From NCBI GenBank assembly GCA_002189035.1, contig CM007992.1, forward strand, positions 2,294,001 to 2,358,000: a stretch of 64,000 nt of DNA, read 5' to 3'. The position numbers and the translations under genes are program-made. Origin of the DNA: Utricularia gibba (taxonomy: Eukaryota; Plantae; Magnoliophyta). Under the pieces are notes generated by a model that made no database searches, was not told the DNA's origin, and saw only the letters and a program-made list of their open reading frames with translations. Shown piece by piece: positions 24,751 through 36,860 of this stretch (position 1 is its first letter; each line of letters begins with the position of its first letter).

Positions 24751-26800
24751 TATTTTTGCATGGTTTATATTGTAGAATTTAGTATATGCGCTTGAACAAT
24801 TATTGGTTAAGGATATGTATTTTTTAATCTAAGATTTTGATTTCATTTTATGCATTGTTTTTTAGTTAGCGTGCTCTTACCTTAGAACATGTGGGAAAAT
24901 CCAAGATCGATCTCAAATACATAAAAAATGACTCAATGATTTATTGTCGTTGAGTGATATTTGGCTTAATCTGTCTGTGAAAATGTAAACTATAAGGGTG
25001 AGAATCAAATATTAGAAAACCATAGGGTTATGGCTTTTGTGGTATAATTAATTCTATAATTTCACTAAATGAAGAATGTTACTGTAAATATTAATAAATA
25101 ACATTAATTTCAAATAGTGCGCAAAAGAACTAAAGTAAACGAGTCAATTATTAAAGTTTACATGCATAACTCACGTAACTCACAATCTTGAAGTTATTCT
25201 ATTTACTAGCATAAACACTAAATGACGGGTTCTATTTTTTTTTTTCCAGAATAGAAGTCGATCATGTTTAATAACAAACTTGCTTTTTAAATATTTTTCT
25301 AGATACAGAAGCTATTCTAAATAGTAACTCACAATCTTGAAAATTCAAAGGGAAAGACCAATAAAGCTATGGAAATCATACAATCCTCGGATTTAAGATA
25401 AATTCTACCTCGAATTACATGTTAATATTAGTATTTTAAAAGTTTTTTATATTAGATTTATACAGTTTAATTTTGATATTTCATATGCTTTTTTATTTAG
25501 TTTGAAATAAAACAAAACATCAAATGCACACCCTTACTAAAAAAAAGTCAAATTAATGAAAATATATATTAAATAAAGATTTAAATGAACTCTATATCTA
25601 TATTAACAAATGAAAATGAAAAAAAAAGATTTTTTATAACTAAATAAAAATTTCACTTAGTTTGTTGTGTATGAATTAAAAATAAAAATAAAAAACAAAC
25701 AAAATGAAGATATTGGGGGCGAATAAACATACATAATCCCACAAAGTTCTCATAGTATGTCATGTGAGTTTGAATAGTAATTTACTAGATATACCAAGAG
25801 TGACAAAGCATGTCATTTTTGCTTTGAAAATTAGAAATCTATATCTTTTTTTTCATAATATTCAATAATTAAATTTGATCAGAAGTGAAATTTTTTAAAA
25901 TCATATCATTGCATTCATTAATAATGTGATGATAAACCACACCGCAGCATTTTTTGAATCTCAAAGATGAGTATAGGTTTTAAAACATTTGAATTAGAAG
26001 TATTAAATATGAAATTGTGAAAATACTGCTATGCCCATTTCCAAAACACTGGTTCACCAGAGCTATGGGTATCTCAGTCTGCCCACTTCCACTTCCACTT
26101 CCACTTCCAGTTCCCCATGATTTGGTGTTTCCTCGGTATCTCCGCGGTTTCGCATAATGCGGGTGATGTTTTCCAGTTGAAGCGGTGTAGGCGCCATAGG
26201 CATCACGAGTGGAGCTGGAATAGGGAATAGGGAATAGGGAGGGGAGGGGAGGAGCCACCGACCGACAAGGATCATTAAGCGCTTGGCTTGGCTTGGCTTG
26301 GCCTGGTATTCCTTCCCTTCCATCCACACTCCACAGAGAAATGAAATTGTTGTGTTGCTATTTTCCATTATTTTGATGGGGGAGATCTACTTGGGGCCCC
26401 CCTTTGGATTAATTGTCCCAAAGTCCACTTCTTGTGAGACAGCACCTTTCATGACAGAGCATTATTTATGGGGCCACTTGTCCATCTTGCCCTCACTCAC
26501 TACACTACATACATGGAACGGCACGGTACTTTCCCATCCTGCTGCTTCTCCTGCCTAGATTTCAGTATGGGTATTGCATTATATTAAACTGATCCAACAG
26601 CTTGGTGTTTCTCAAAATGATGATATTGCCGCCCTTTTGCATGCAGCTGTTCTCAACAAAAATCACACCCATTGGACATGTGAGGTGATGCCACCAACAA
26701 CATTCAGGAGAAATGGATGCTGAAGGTCTGCCATACATGAGTAAGATCGCAACGAGAGAGGAATATAATATGCACCGTTGATCGTCGGCTGGGCGAGGGC

Positions 26801-28605
26801 CTAAGAGGTGTCCTTCAGGTTGGCCAGTGACTCTTTCAGCTGGGCCAGTTCATCCAAAGCATATCTGAGAGGTCCCTTGAGCTTCATCTTCTTGGGCTGC
26901 AACATGCAAAATGTAAGCCAAGAGAGGAAACTAAGTGTCATCACTTTCGGTTACAGCACTTCTTGCTATGCTATGACTTCAGCCAGACAATGTTATCCCA
27001 ATTTAGGCAGCGTCTCAATGCGCTTTCTGCCAAAGTTTAATGTCTAACTCGTAGACCTAACAATAGGAAAGTGAGAAACTAAATATTATTTTTTTGCAAT
27101 CCTCTCAAACTCCGTTTTTTTATCTCCTAACCCATTTTAGCTTCGAAAAATTCTGTCTCCTTCACAAATACAATAACCTTCGATGACAATTCTCAAACAT
27201 TCCCCATGTCCTACTAAAACGAAGTTAGTTTTGTGGATAAAAAAAAAAATACCATCACGTAGGGACATAAAACAATGTTCACTTGCTCGTCTGTCAACCA
27301 ACTACACTATGTCAAAAAAATAAAGGCAAAAGAAAACATATAATGAGGAATATACCATCAGTGAAGGAACGAGCGCAAATACTTCATCAACAGACTCGGG
27401 GCAAATGTTGGAAATAAGGCAAATCTGAAGCAAAGGTGGATTGGTTGGATTATAGAAAAGTATTGAAAATGAGATAGAACGAAAAGCAGCTCAGTGGGTA
27501 ATAGTACCTCGCAGTCAGTAACTCCATGCTTCTTTAGAGGTCTGTTGAAGTTAACGACAACAATCAGCTCTTTTCATGAGAGCACAATGGATAAAAATGT
27601 CTGTTACGCAAAAGTAAAGTAACTATGACGAGCAAGGATACTCAAATATTTTCTTCACTGTCTGCGCTTTTGCGTAGTTCTCACCTCTCTTTGCAAATGT
27701 CAAACCCACATCAAACGACCTACAAGCCAAATCACCAAATGCTCCGATTCTTACTATGCGAAAAAGCAGTGGACTTCCCTCAAATCACAAAAGAAGATGA
27801 TGCTAGAAGCTTTAAGCATAACCCACACAGGCAGCTTGATGTCTGGATCTTGGGACAAGAAAACCATCTGATCCTGAATGCCTTGCAAGATTTCTGCAGC
27901 TTCTACGTCCATCAAACACACAGAATTTGGAGGAAGCTCTGCACATGAAATGCCACATCACTCTAGGCAAACAAAGGGACAACAAGCTGCGTTAGGGGAA
28001 TATCAACTAAAGGAACTAGCCTCGCTCAAGCTTCCGCTCGGTCAGGGTCGGCGCTTTTGCTGTGTCCTTGTTTGTGCCATTTGACACACTGCCTCCTTTT
28101 CCAGCTAAATATGAAGCAACATCAAGAAAATGCATAGTTACCTCACAACTATGACACAGATACATATCCAAACACACCACGCCCACAAACCAATCAAGTG
28201 AAGATAACAGGAAACAGACATACCTTTAGCAGGTTGTTTCTCAGCACCCCTATCAGATTGAGAAACATTATTCTCAAGAGAACCTAGAATTCCAAATAGA
28301 AGGCTAAAGCACATGCACACGACTTAGGCAAAGCACCTATCATTCAAAGTGAGCTGAGCGACAGAAAAAAATAAACAGAAAACAATTTAGGGCAACTAAC
28401 CTTCGGAATCAAATTGCACCCTTTTCCCCTTCTTCGACATTCCTGCACTCTCACCATTCCCATCTACATGAAATAGGCCCATAAGCAAAGTCATTTACCG
28501 AGAAGAGTATAAACATTGTTATGGGAATGTTAATTTAAAAAAAGGGTAAAAATGCAGCAGATTACCTGGTGACTTCAGCGCCGATTTCCCACCTTTGTCG
28601 GACAT
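26801..28605 (-). CDS. NRPD4: RNA polymerase IV and V subunit 4 (RPB4-like)
   Basis: Exons 28605-28566, 28463-28401, 28283-28224, 28104-28021, 27938-27827, 27719-27642, 27541-27508, 27424-27356, 26896-26801. Translation MSDKGGKSALKSP...KKGKRVQFD...ELPPNSVCLMDVEAAEILQGIQDQMVFLSQDPDIKLPVSFD...EPLKKHGVTDCEICLISNICPESVDEVFALVPSL...LRYALDELAQLK closely resembles Arabidopsis NRPD4/RDM2 as recalled. One intron has a GC donor. Confidence 0.92.
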
Positions 28606-29639
28606 CTTCCTAAGCCAGAGCACTCAAGAACTAACTATATTCTACTATTGTCGTTACAGAACCACATAGAGGAGAGAAAATGCTGCAAGTATTTAGCCAA
28701 TAAAACTTTTGGGTCAGAGCGTTAATTGGGGCAAAAGTCGAAATTCAGATTCTTAACACGCGTGAAAGGCATTTTCTGTTATTTTGAGTAATTATATTTT
28801 GAAACCAGCATTTAAAATCGGACAAGCCGACCCGTTTGAGCACACAACCCGCCCGATCCGGAATACTGGCGGGCTTCTACAGCCGATCCAACCACACCAT
28901 ATAAAAAAAAATATGATGAAAAATAGTAGTCATTATTTGGTAGACTACGAGGAAGAAATTAAAAAATGCTGGTGGAATCGCAAAAATTGACATTAGGATT
29001 TCACTTTATGGTAGTGTTTTAAATTGAGAAAAAAAATTCAATCATGGTTTAAATTAGAATTGAAATATTTTTATTATTAATCATAATTTGATCAGAATTC
29101 AATTGTAATCGACTTGTGATTAAATTATGATTAAGTTGTGATTGATTTTTTTTTATATCTTAAAACCATTTGAATGTAACTTAATTTTTATTTTACCATT
29201 GTTTTTTTTTAAAACTTAAGAACACATAAAATGCCCTCAATGCGAATGAGGCGAGTGCCAGTAAAGATAGTGTGATGGCACTTCGTAGTTAAATGGGAAT
29301 TATCGGAAAGCACTGTCGCTTGACAAGAGGAGGAACAACTTCGCTTTGTCGTGCATCATTCCATGGAGTGAAGTGATTGATTGCAGATTGTTGCAAAATC
29401 AAGCTCAGACGTTAGTGAAAAAAAAAAAAAAAGGTAGCTGAGGAACAGCAGTAAAAAAAAAAGAATTATACAACTTGACCGACACACTAGACATCAAAAT
29501 ATTTCGATTGACTCAACGACGACACAAACTACACGATAGGAAACAAAAGCTAAGCCTAAAGACTAAATCTAATGGACAATAAAGGATATTTTAAGCATAA
29601 GGGATAATTCATCATTAGCCCAATAAACTTGATCCAAAT

Positions 29640-30180
29640 ACGACTCATTGAAGGAGATTAAACCAAAACGTCTCCAAAGGTGTTGAAACCTTTGGCTTTA
29701 GTCATGAAATTAGCTAATTGTTCACCAGTAAAATAATATACTAATTTGATATACTCCTTGTTTTCTACATTACAGAGGGAGTGATACTTCACTTAGAAAT
29801 GCTTGGACCTGTCATGAAAAACAAGGTTCTTTGCAATGGGAATAGTAGATTTACAGTCACACAAGATGTTACTGAGCATTAAGACTAAACCCAAAATCAG
29901 ATAGCAACTTTCTTAGCCACAAAGCCTGATTTTCCGCGTTAGAAGCAGCATAGTACTTTGCTTTTGTTGTGGATTGAGTCACAAAGGATTGTTTCTTTGA
30001 GTACCAACAAATCATTGAAGTTCCTAGATTGAAGCACTGTGAAGAGGTACTCTTAAGATCATCAGCAAATCCAGCAAAATCAGAATCAGAAAATCCTATC
30101 AGATTCATATATGTCCAACCTCATAGATAACCTGAATTCAAAAGTCTCTCATAAATACCTTAAGGCCACTTTTGTTAGGT
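29640..30180 (-). mobile_element. Ty1/Copia RNase H relic
   Basis: LIGFSDSDFAGFADDLKSTS...CWYSKKQSFVTQSTTKAKYYAAS...QALWLRKLL, then degraded VFHDRSKH and EQLANFMTK. Confidence 0.85.
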
Positions 30181-30310
30181 GAGTATAACCCCATAATTCC
30201 TTATGTAAAAGTAGTAGTATGTATTTGTTATAGTGGTTTAGCTAAACATATGGGATTATATTATCCCATTACAAATATATCGAACTTGGTTTAACAAAAT
30301 CAATTTGTAA

Positions 30311-33300
30311 GGGCATCTACATTGATGTATGAACAATATATAGTCCACCTCATAATTTTTATATTCCATCTCATAATATCTCATTTTTATATTATCACAT
30401 CAACCTTCTATCATTATTCACATTTCTATCCGGACAATATCTTTTATAATATTTATATTTATTAATTTTATATTAATTTACACAATTAATCAAATACAAC
30501 AATAAATTTGATTCAAAATAGAGAAATTATTATTTAGAAAATATATAATACAAAAAATATAAAATTAAATAAACTTATTCAAATATGCTCAAACAAATCT
30601 GCTTTCAAATATATATGTAATTTTGTTTCCTTTGATTTCATAACTCGAGCAAAATATGCTTTAAAAGTATGAATATTTTGTCCTAATAAATTAGGTGATT
30701 GTTGTGTTATCTGATCATAGTCTTCATGATCTGATTGAATATCATTTTCTTTACCTTCAACAATCATATTGTGTAAAATTATAATAGCATACATGATATT
30801 AACTAGAATTTGGTGATCTCATATTCGAACAAGTGAATAAATAATTGCAAACCTTACTTTTAATAGTCCAAAAGCTCGTTTTACATCTTTTCTTGCATTT
30901 TCTTATTGAGTGACAAAGAGCTTTGCTTTTGGATTCTGTGGAAAAGTAATAATTTTCATAAAAACATGACATTTAGGATAAATACCATCAACTAATTAAT
31001 ATTCCATATCATATTTTTTTTCATTGACCAAGAATTCAACTAGGGAGGCGAACCTCAATGCAAATCATCAAATAATATTGAATGAGATAGTACATTGAGA
31101 TCATTATTTGAACTTGAAAAGTACCAAAAAACAAATGTCATATCCCAATATTATTTGAAGCAACTACCTCTAATATGACAATAGAAGATTCATGCTCGCG
31201 AGTATATTGCTCTTTCTAAACTATAGGATAATTTTTCTTCTTCTAATGCATATAATTTATAGTTCCCAATATATCAGAGAATCCTCTCTCTTCACCCCAT
31301 GACATAAGTTTTTGAATGCCACTTGGATTGGGATATCTCATATATTTTATCTCAAACACTGTACAAATTCTGGTTATAAAATATCTTAAGTACTTGAGGA
31401 TAATAAACTCACCAATTCAAAGATATTATCATAAGCATCTGCATCATATCCGTATGTCATCATTCGCATTGTAGCATTAATTTTTGCATTGTTGTTAAGG
31501 AGGCATGACCGGTTGCTTCTGATTTCTCTTGTAGATATGGAGCTATTTTCACAAGATTAGACAAAATATACTCGAACAAACTATGTCGCATTTTGAAATG
31601 TCAGCAAAATATAAGTTCATTGTAGGTGACATTGATTGATAAATAGTTGTCACTAGTCGAGTGTTTCCAAACTCATAGCCATGATCAATGTATTCATAAT
31701 TATTGTAAGGTTGGTAGTTGTAAGGTATGGTTAGTGTAGTGGATTGATAGTTGTAAAGTGTGATTGGTGTGATATATTGGAAGTTGTAATATATGGTCGT
31801 TGAGATATGTTTAATAAATTATATAATTTGTTCAATACAATAAAGTAAGCTAAATTCAAGTTACATAATTCATAAAAGTTTAAGCATTTCAAAATAAACA
31901 ACATGAAGGAATAACAATCATCTTTCAAACCATTATATGGTTTTTGAAAATTGGGCTGAGGAGGAAGCAAACTAGGATGAGTAGGAAGTGAACTCTATTG
32001 AGTATTCATATTAGATAATGCACGATTGCATGTTTCACTATATACTATTCTTTAACAATCATCCATATTCAATACATCCATCTCGATAAACAACCTTAAC
32101 TTGTGTATAGAGTTCACTTCTTTTTCTTCTTACCTCCATTATCTATATCTTGTTTTCATACAAAACAATGAGTTAATAAAAATAAAATAAGATGTAAATA
32201 GTAATAGATTTTACCATCATTCATTTTGGTTGATCTTATAGTATTTTCCTAGCTTCCAAGTATATAAAAGGTTTACGAAGTTCTTCATTATATAACTTCA
32301 AGTTCATATTAATCAAGTCGTAGTTGTTGTGAAATCTTATTATATATTCCAAAAAAATTTGGACATCTATACTTAAGCTTTTCCACTTCTTCCTCAAAGC
32401 TTCGGATTCAGTGACTTTTCCATTTATTCCATTGTCTTGATTGCATCACAATAGAAAAAACCAATGGCTTTCCAAAATGATTCTATTTTTTGGGAATTAT
32501 CAGTAATGAGATCAATTGAAGTATTTAACCAAGCCAACACTAATATATAACTTCTTCATCTATCCATCTTGTCATTGAAGCCGTATTAACCTTAAAAAAT
32601 CATTAAAAAAATGATCAAATGAATATTGAAATAAATACACTTAACATAAATACTATAAAGCCAAATGTAATATATCAAAATAGTTCTAAAAAATAAGAAA
32701 ATTATTTTGAAAACACATACAAGTAAATTATATGTATATATAATAGAATCAACAACTATTTAACATTAATTAAGTTTAATCAAATTTATGAAATGTTACA
32801 AAAAATATAACTTTATACCATGGTATATAACATAGTTATTTTATAAAAATTATAATTGAAATTATCAAACATCATCATATACTAGTTATTCCAAAATATT
32901 AAGCAAAAAAAAAACTACAATGTTTAGAAATTTTCTAAATTCTTCAATTAGTACAATTAATGTAGAAAATGGAATAGAAACTTTGAAAACTTGGAAAAAA
33001 ACAAAAATCCTACATTACCTAGTGGTTGCAAACAAAAATTTGAAAGATGAATCTTTACCTTTTTTCAAAATAGATTTACTGAACAGAAGAAAATGAAGAG
33101 ATGAAATTAAGTATGAATAAATATGGTTTATATATTAAATATTTTAAAATAAAAAAAGAATTAAAAAAATATAAGAAATACTTAGTTATCCATGGAGAGA
33201 GAATGTTCGTGGACTTGAAATTTTCGAACAAAGTTACACCACACATTGTTATTTGGATGTTTTAATCATTTCCATGTATCTATGAATCTGCCACATTAGC

Positions 33301-33327
33301 ATTGTTCGTACATCAATGATGATGCCC
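30311..33327 (-). mobile_element. PIF/Harbinger DNA transposon, full-length ends with decayed transposase and ORF1 (3017 bp)
   Basis: 27-bp TIRs gggcatctacattgatgtatgaacaat / gggcatcatcattgatgtacgaacaat (24/27 identical). TAA TSD at 30308-30310 and 33328-33330. Internal minus-strand relics RMMTYGYDAD, ILEVVAS and IIILHNMIVE (DDE transposase), plus a second degraded ORF at ~32050-32600. Confidence 0.9.
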
Positions 33328-33599
33328 TAAGATGGGTTTTGTTAAACTGAGAACTAATGTGTAATTAACGATAATAACTGACATAAAACGACTAATTGTG
33401 CGCATGTATTTGTGTATTTTTTCAATTCTTCATTGCAAATCCATTGGGTTTCTGCAAATTGACGATGAGTAAGTCTGAATTGACATTCTGATGAAAATCC
33501 ATGCTTCAATTTACGTTGTGCATTGTTATTTTTGGTTTCATTTCTCATTTAGGTTGCTGCAATCATTCCCAGTGAGATTAGATTGGGTGCACTTGTTAC

Positions 33600-35110
33600 A
33601 ACATATTGTGTTGGTCAACATCTATATATTATGCGACTTATGATTGTTATCATGTTGCATGCCTAGTCTAACCAAAAAATAACAGAATTTGGTTCTCTTA
33701 TCGAGAAAAAATATCCCCGCAAATAGAGCATTTGACTACATTTGCATATGATTCAAGAAGTGCTTGTCTTGAAAAATTATTCTTAAGTGCAGATATTTTC
33801 AAGAAGTTGTGTTATGTTCTTTGAAGTATTAGTAGACTAACTGTGATGTCCCGCCCCGCGGAAGGGTTAGAAGGAAGGGCCTTAGGTGAATCCCACATCG
33901 ATCACGGATAGGAGAGAGGATGAGATTAAGAGGAATGACCACACAAATCTAACACGAGGTCTTTACCCCAACATGGCAGAGGATACTTCATAGGAACTCC
34001 AAAGTTAAGTGTGCTTGCCTAGGGGTAATGTGAGGATGGGTGACCCCCTTGAGAAGTCAGATGGAATGTGGGGAAAACATAAACCGTGAGGGTTGGGTGC
34101 CCGAAGTGGACAATATCGTACTAGGTGTGCACGGGTCGTTACACTAACTATTTTAAGTTATGTTGATGTTCTAGAGTAGGTTACATTGTTGTTGAGTATT
34201 TTAGATCATCATAGGAAAACAAGAGAGCAAAAATTAGATACATGCAAAGCAGTTGGATAGTATCCAAATATTTCAATATGGTACTGTCATCCATACTGTT
34301 TGATAAGTTTGTGCCAACTTATGTTTCTAATCCAAAATCCAGCTTTAGATTTTTTGAGATATAGAACTATGTTTGATTATAGTTTTAGATATGGGATGTG
34401 TATTCTACATGATGTAATGTTTTTGTTTCTTTTTCAGAATTGCTTAGGTGGTTCATATTTTCAGGTGAAAGTAAAAAATCAAGATAAACTTAAGTAGAGA
34501 AATTGGAAAGGATTTGTGTCCACTAATGTGCTAGGAGTGAATGATAACAAGCACATGTTCATCTATTTTTTGTCTGGTTGGGAAGGATTTGCTGCTGAAA
34601 GCAGGGTATTGTAAGATGCAGTTTGTCGACACAAGACAATCATTGTACACAAAGGTAACTGTTTATCGTAATTGAAGGTTTGTTATTCTAAGTGACTTTC
34701 ATGTATTCCATTTTTTCAAGACAATATTATTTATATGATAATGGCAACACAAATGCAGAGGGTTTTCTAGCACCCTACAATGTGTTTGGTACCATCTCAA
34801 AGAGTAGGGTGTAAGGTTTAATGCTTAATAGAATGCAAAAGAATATTTCAACATGCGGCATGCATCTGTGAGGAATGTTATGGAGAGAGCTTGAGCTCTA
34901 ATGAAAATAAAAACTCGTATAATACTCGCATGTGCCTTTCTTCAGAATTTATCCAGCTAGAAATGCGAATCGATCCATTGGAAGAAGTGATCTCGAAAGA
35001 GTATGAAGATGATCAAGATATTTCCTCCATGGAATGGTCACAACGGTGGGATGCAATAGTGGACACAATGTATGCTCAATGGAGAAATGACACAAAAAGA
35101 AGGATATAAA
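33600..35110 (+). mobile_element. Decayed PIF/Harbinger transposase gene interrupted by Cassandra
   Basis: Reads STNVLGV...[38 protein letters not shown] and MEWSQRWDAIVDTMYAQW. The N-terminal frame continues across the insertion at 33842-34143. Confidence 0.8.
33842..34143 (+). mobile_element. Cassandra TRIM solo LTR (302 bp) with 5S rRNA-derived internal promoter region
   Basis: TGTGA...TTACA termini and perfect 5-bp TSD CTAAC (33837-33841 and 34144-34148). Positions 33995-34058 (aactccaaagttaagtgtgcttgcctaggggtaatgtgaggatgggtgacccccttgagaagtc) align to the plant 5S A-box/IE/C-box region (AACTCCGAAGTTAAGCGTGCTTGGGCGAGAGTAGTACTAGGATGGGTGACCTCCTGGGAAGTC). Confidence 0.92.
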
Positions 35111-35299
35111 GTGCTACAACGGAGGCTGATTTTTCATTGGCATGTTGTAGAGACCATTTGTTATTTCATTGTCCAATAATTGTTAAACTTGGGCTATCTT
35201 ACGTTGATATCATGCAAAGACAGCTTATACAGAGAGCATTTGTTCTTATTTTGGCTTATTATGAATACTAGATGGCCTTATTATTCTAAATTAACCTCA

Positions 35300-36340
35300 C
35301 ATGAATGTGTTCTAGGCACTGTGAACCAGAATTTGCAGTACTTGGAACACATATACATATGAAGGATGCTTCTATCGCACATAGACCCTTTTCTCCCATG
35401 TCTAGATGAAAATATTGACTATTCTACACTGGCTCCATGTAGATTAGATTCATGTGTTCTAGGCACTGCACACTAGAATGTGAGGTACCTGGAACACATA
35501 TACTTACGAAGGATGTGTCTGCCGCACACACCCTTTTCTCCCATGTTGTTGTGGATAAAAATCGGTGTGAGGGTTTTAGCCAATTTTTGGGAAAGTAAAA
35601 ACGGTATTCCGGTTTTGACTATGTTGCTTGTGGGTTCGAATCATTGTTGTGATGGCAGTAGTAGTGACAAGACCGAGATATTTTACGTGGAAACTGCCAT
35701 CGGATGGAAAAACCACAGAGCTAATGGAGCTCATCGGAGAAATAGACTTCACTCATAAGAATAAGCCGAGGTTCACAAGTATGACCCAGAATGAAGAATC
35801 TCTTCTTCTTTTCTCGTTTTCATTATTTACAGGGGAAACTCAGCCTACCACTTTCTGAGAAAACCAGCTACTTACTACGCCTGGCAGTTATGTTAGCTGC
35901 ACAGGTGATCTTGCTAAAAAATAACCACCACCCATCTTCAGTTACCTGCAAATCGGCTGCTTTTTAGATTTTGTTTGAGATGACCGAATCTGCTCAGTTC
36001 TTGTCCTTGTCGCCTCAGGTACTTTCTTGCTAGTGATTATCCTCTCTTTGGACCAGTTTCGTCGGATATATGCCGATTTGATGCTAAATATTTTTGGCCA
36101 ATTTATGTATTTTGTGGGTAATCCCTTCATGTGGGATGAGCCGATTTCTTTCCAATATCACATGTTTAGATGAAAATATTGACCACTCTACACTAGCTCC
36201 ATGTAAACTGGACCCATGTGTTTTAGGCATTGCAAACCAAAATGTGCGGTACTTGGAACACATAGACTTATGAAAAATGTGCTTGCTGCACACACACTTT
36301 TCTCCCACGCCTAGATGAAAATATTGACTGCCCTAAACTA
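35300..36340. repeat. ~147-bp tandem repeat array (about 3 units) split by a solo LTR
   Basis: tgtgttctaggcactg at 35306 and 35453. The unit includes gtacttggaacacata and ttctcccatgtctagatgaaaatattgac. The array resumes at 36161. Confidence 0.85.
35547..36160. mobile_element. Solo LTR, 614 bp
   Basis: TGTTG...ATCA termini and perfect TSD CATGT (35542-35546 and 36161-36165). Removing it restores the repeat unit cccatgt|ttagatgaaaatattgac. Confidence 0.85.
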
Positions 36341-36585
36341 GCTCATTTACTAGTTTCTCGATCTTACATTGGTTGCTTCACAAGGAAGTGCTCGTCATAA
36401 TTTCTATAAAGCTTTTATTGAGCCATTTGAATGTTGATGAAGTCTACACATTGTCGATTTTCCTTGCTCTCCTCATCATTGTCAGAAGAGTCATGAAACG
36501 ATGCATTGTTAAAGAAAGATGCCATTGTAAGCAAAGAGATGCAAGTATTCTGAATCTCCACGTTTGATTATAAAGAAAAAAAAAT

Positions 36586-36860
36586 TGTGTTTTCTCAAAT
36601 CTCTGTGTGCTAATTCAAATCCTAATGTTTTTCATCAATCCTGAGACATAAACTGTTGAAATTTCATTGGAGGAGCACATTAACAATGACTTTGTGTTTT
36701 CTCAAATCTCTATGTGTGCTAGTTCGAATCTCAATATTTTTCATCAATCCCAAGACATAAATTGTTGAAATTTCATTGGAAGAGCACATTAACAATGACT
36801 TTGTGTTTTCTCAAATATCTATGTGTGCTAGTTCAAATGACAATATTTTTCATAAATCGC
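36586..36860. repeat. ~108-bp tandem repeat (about 2.5 units)
   Basis: tgtgttttctcaaat starts at 36586, 36693 and 36802. Confidence 0.9.

Noticed and set aside
26121-26143. miR2275-like sequence (tttggtgtttcctcggtatctcc)
   Set aside because: Resemblance to UUUGGUUUCCUCCAAUAUCUCA needs indels and mismatches, and no matching star arm is visible.
33995-34058. 5S rRNA gene
   Set aside because: Only the ~64-bp internal promoter region matches. It lacks the 5S 5' half and terminator and sits inside a TSD-flanked LTR, so it is Cassandra.
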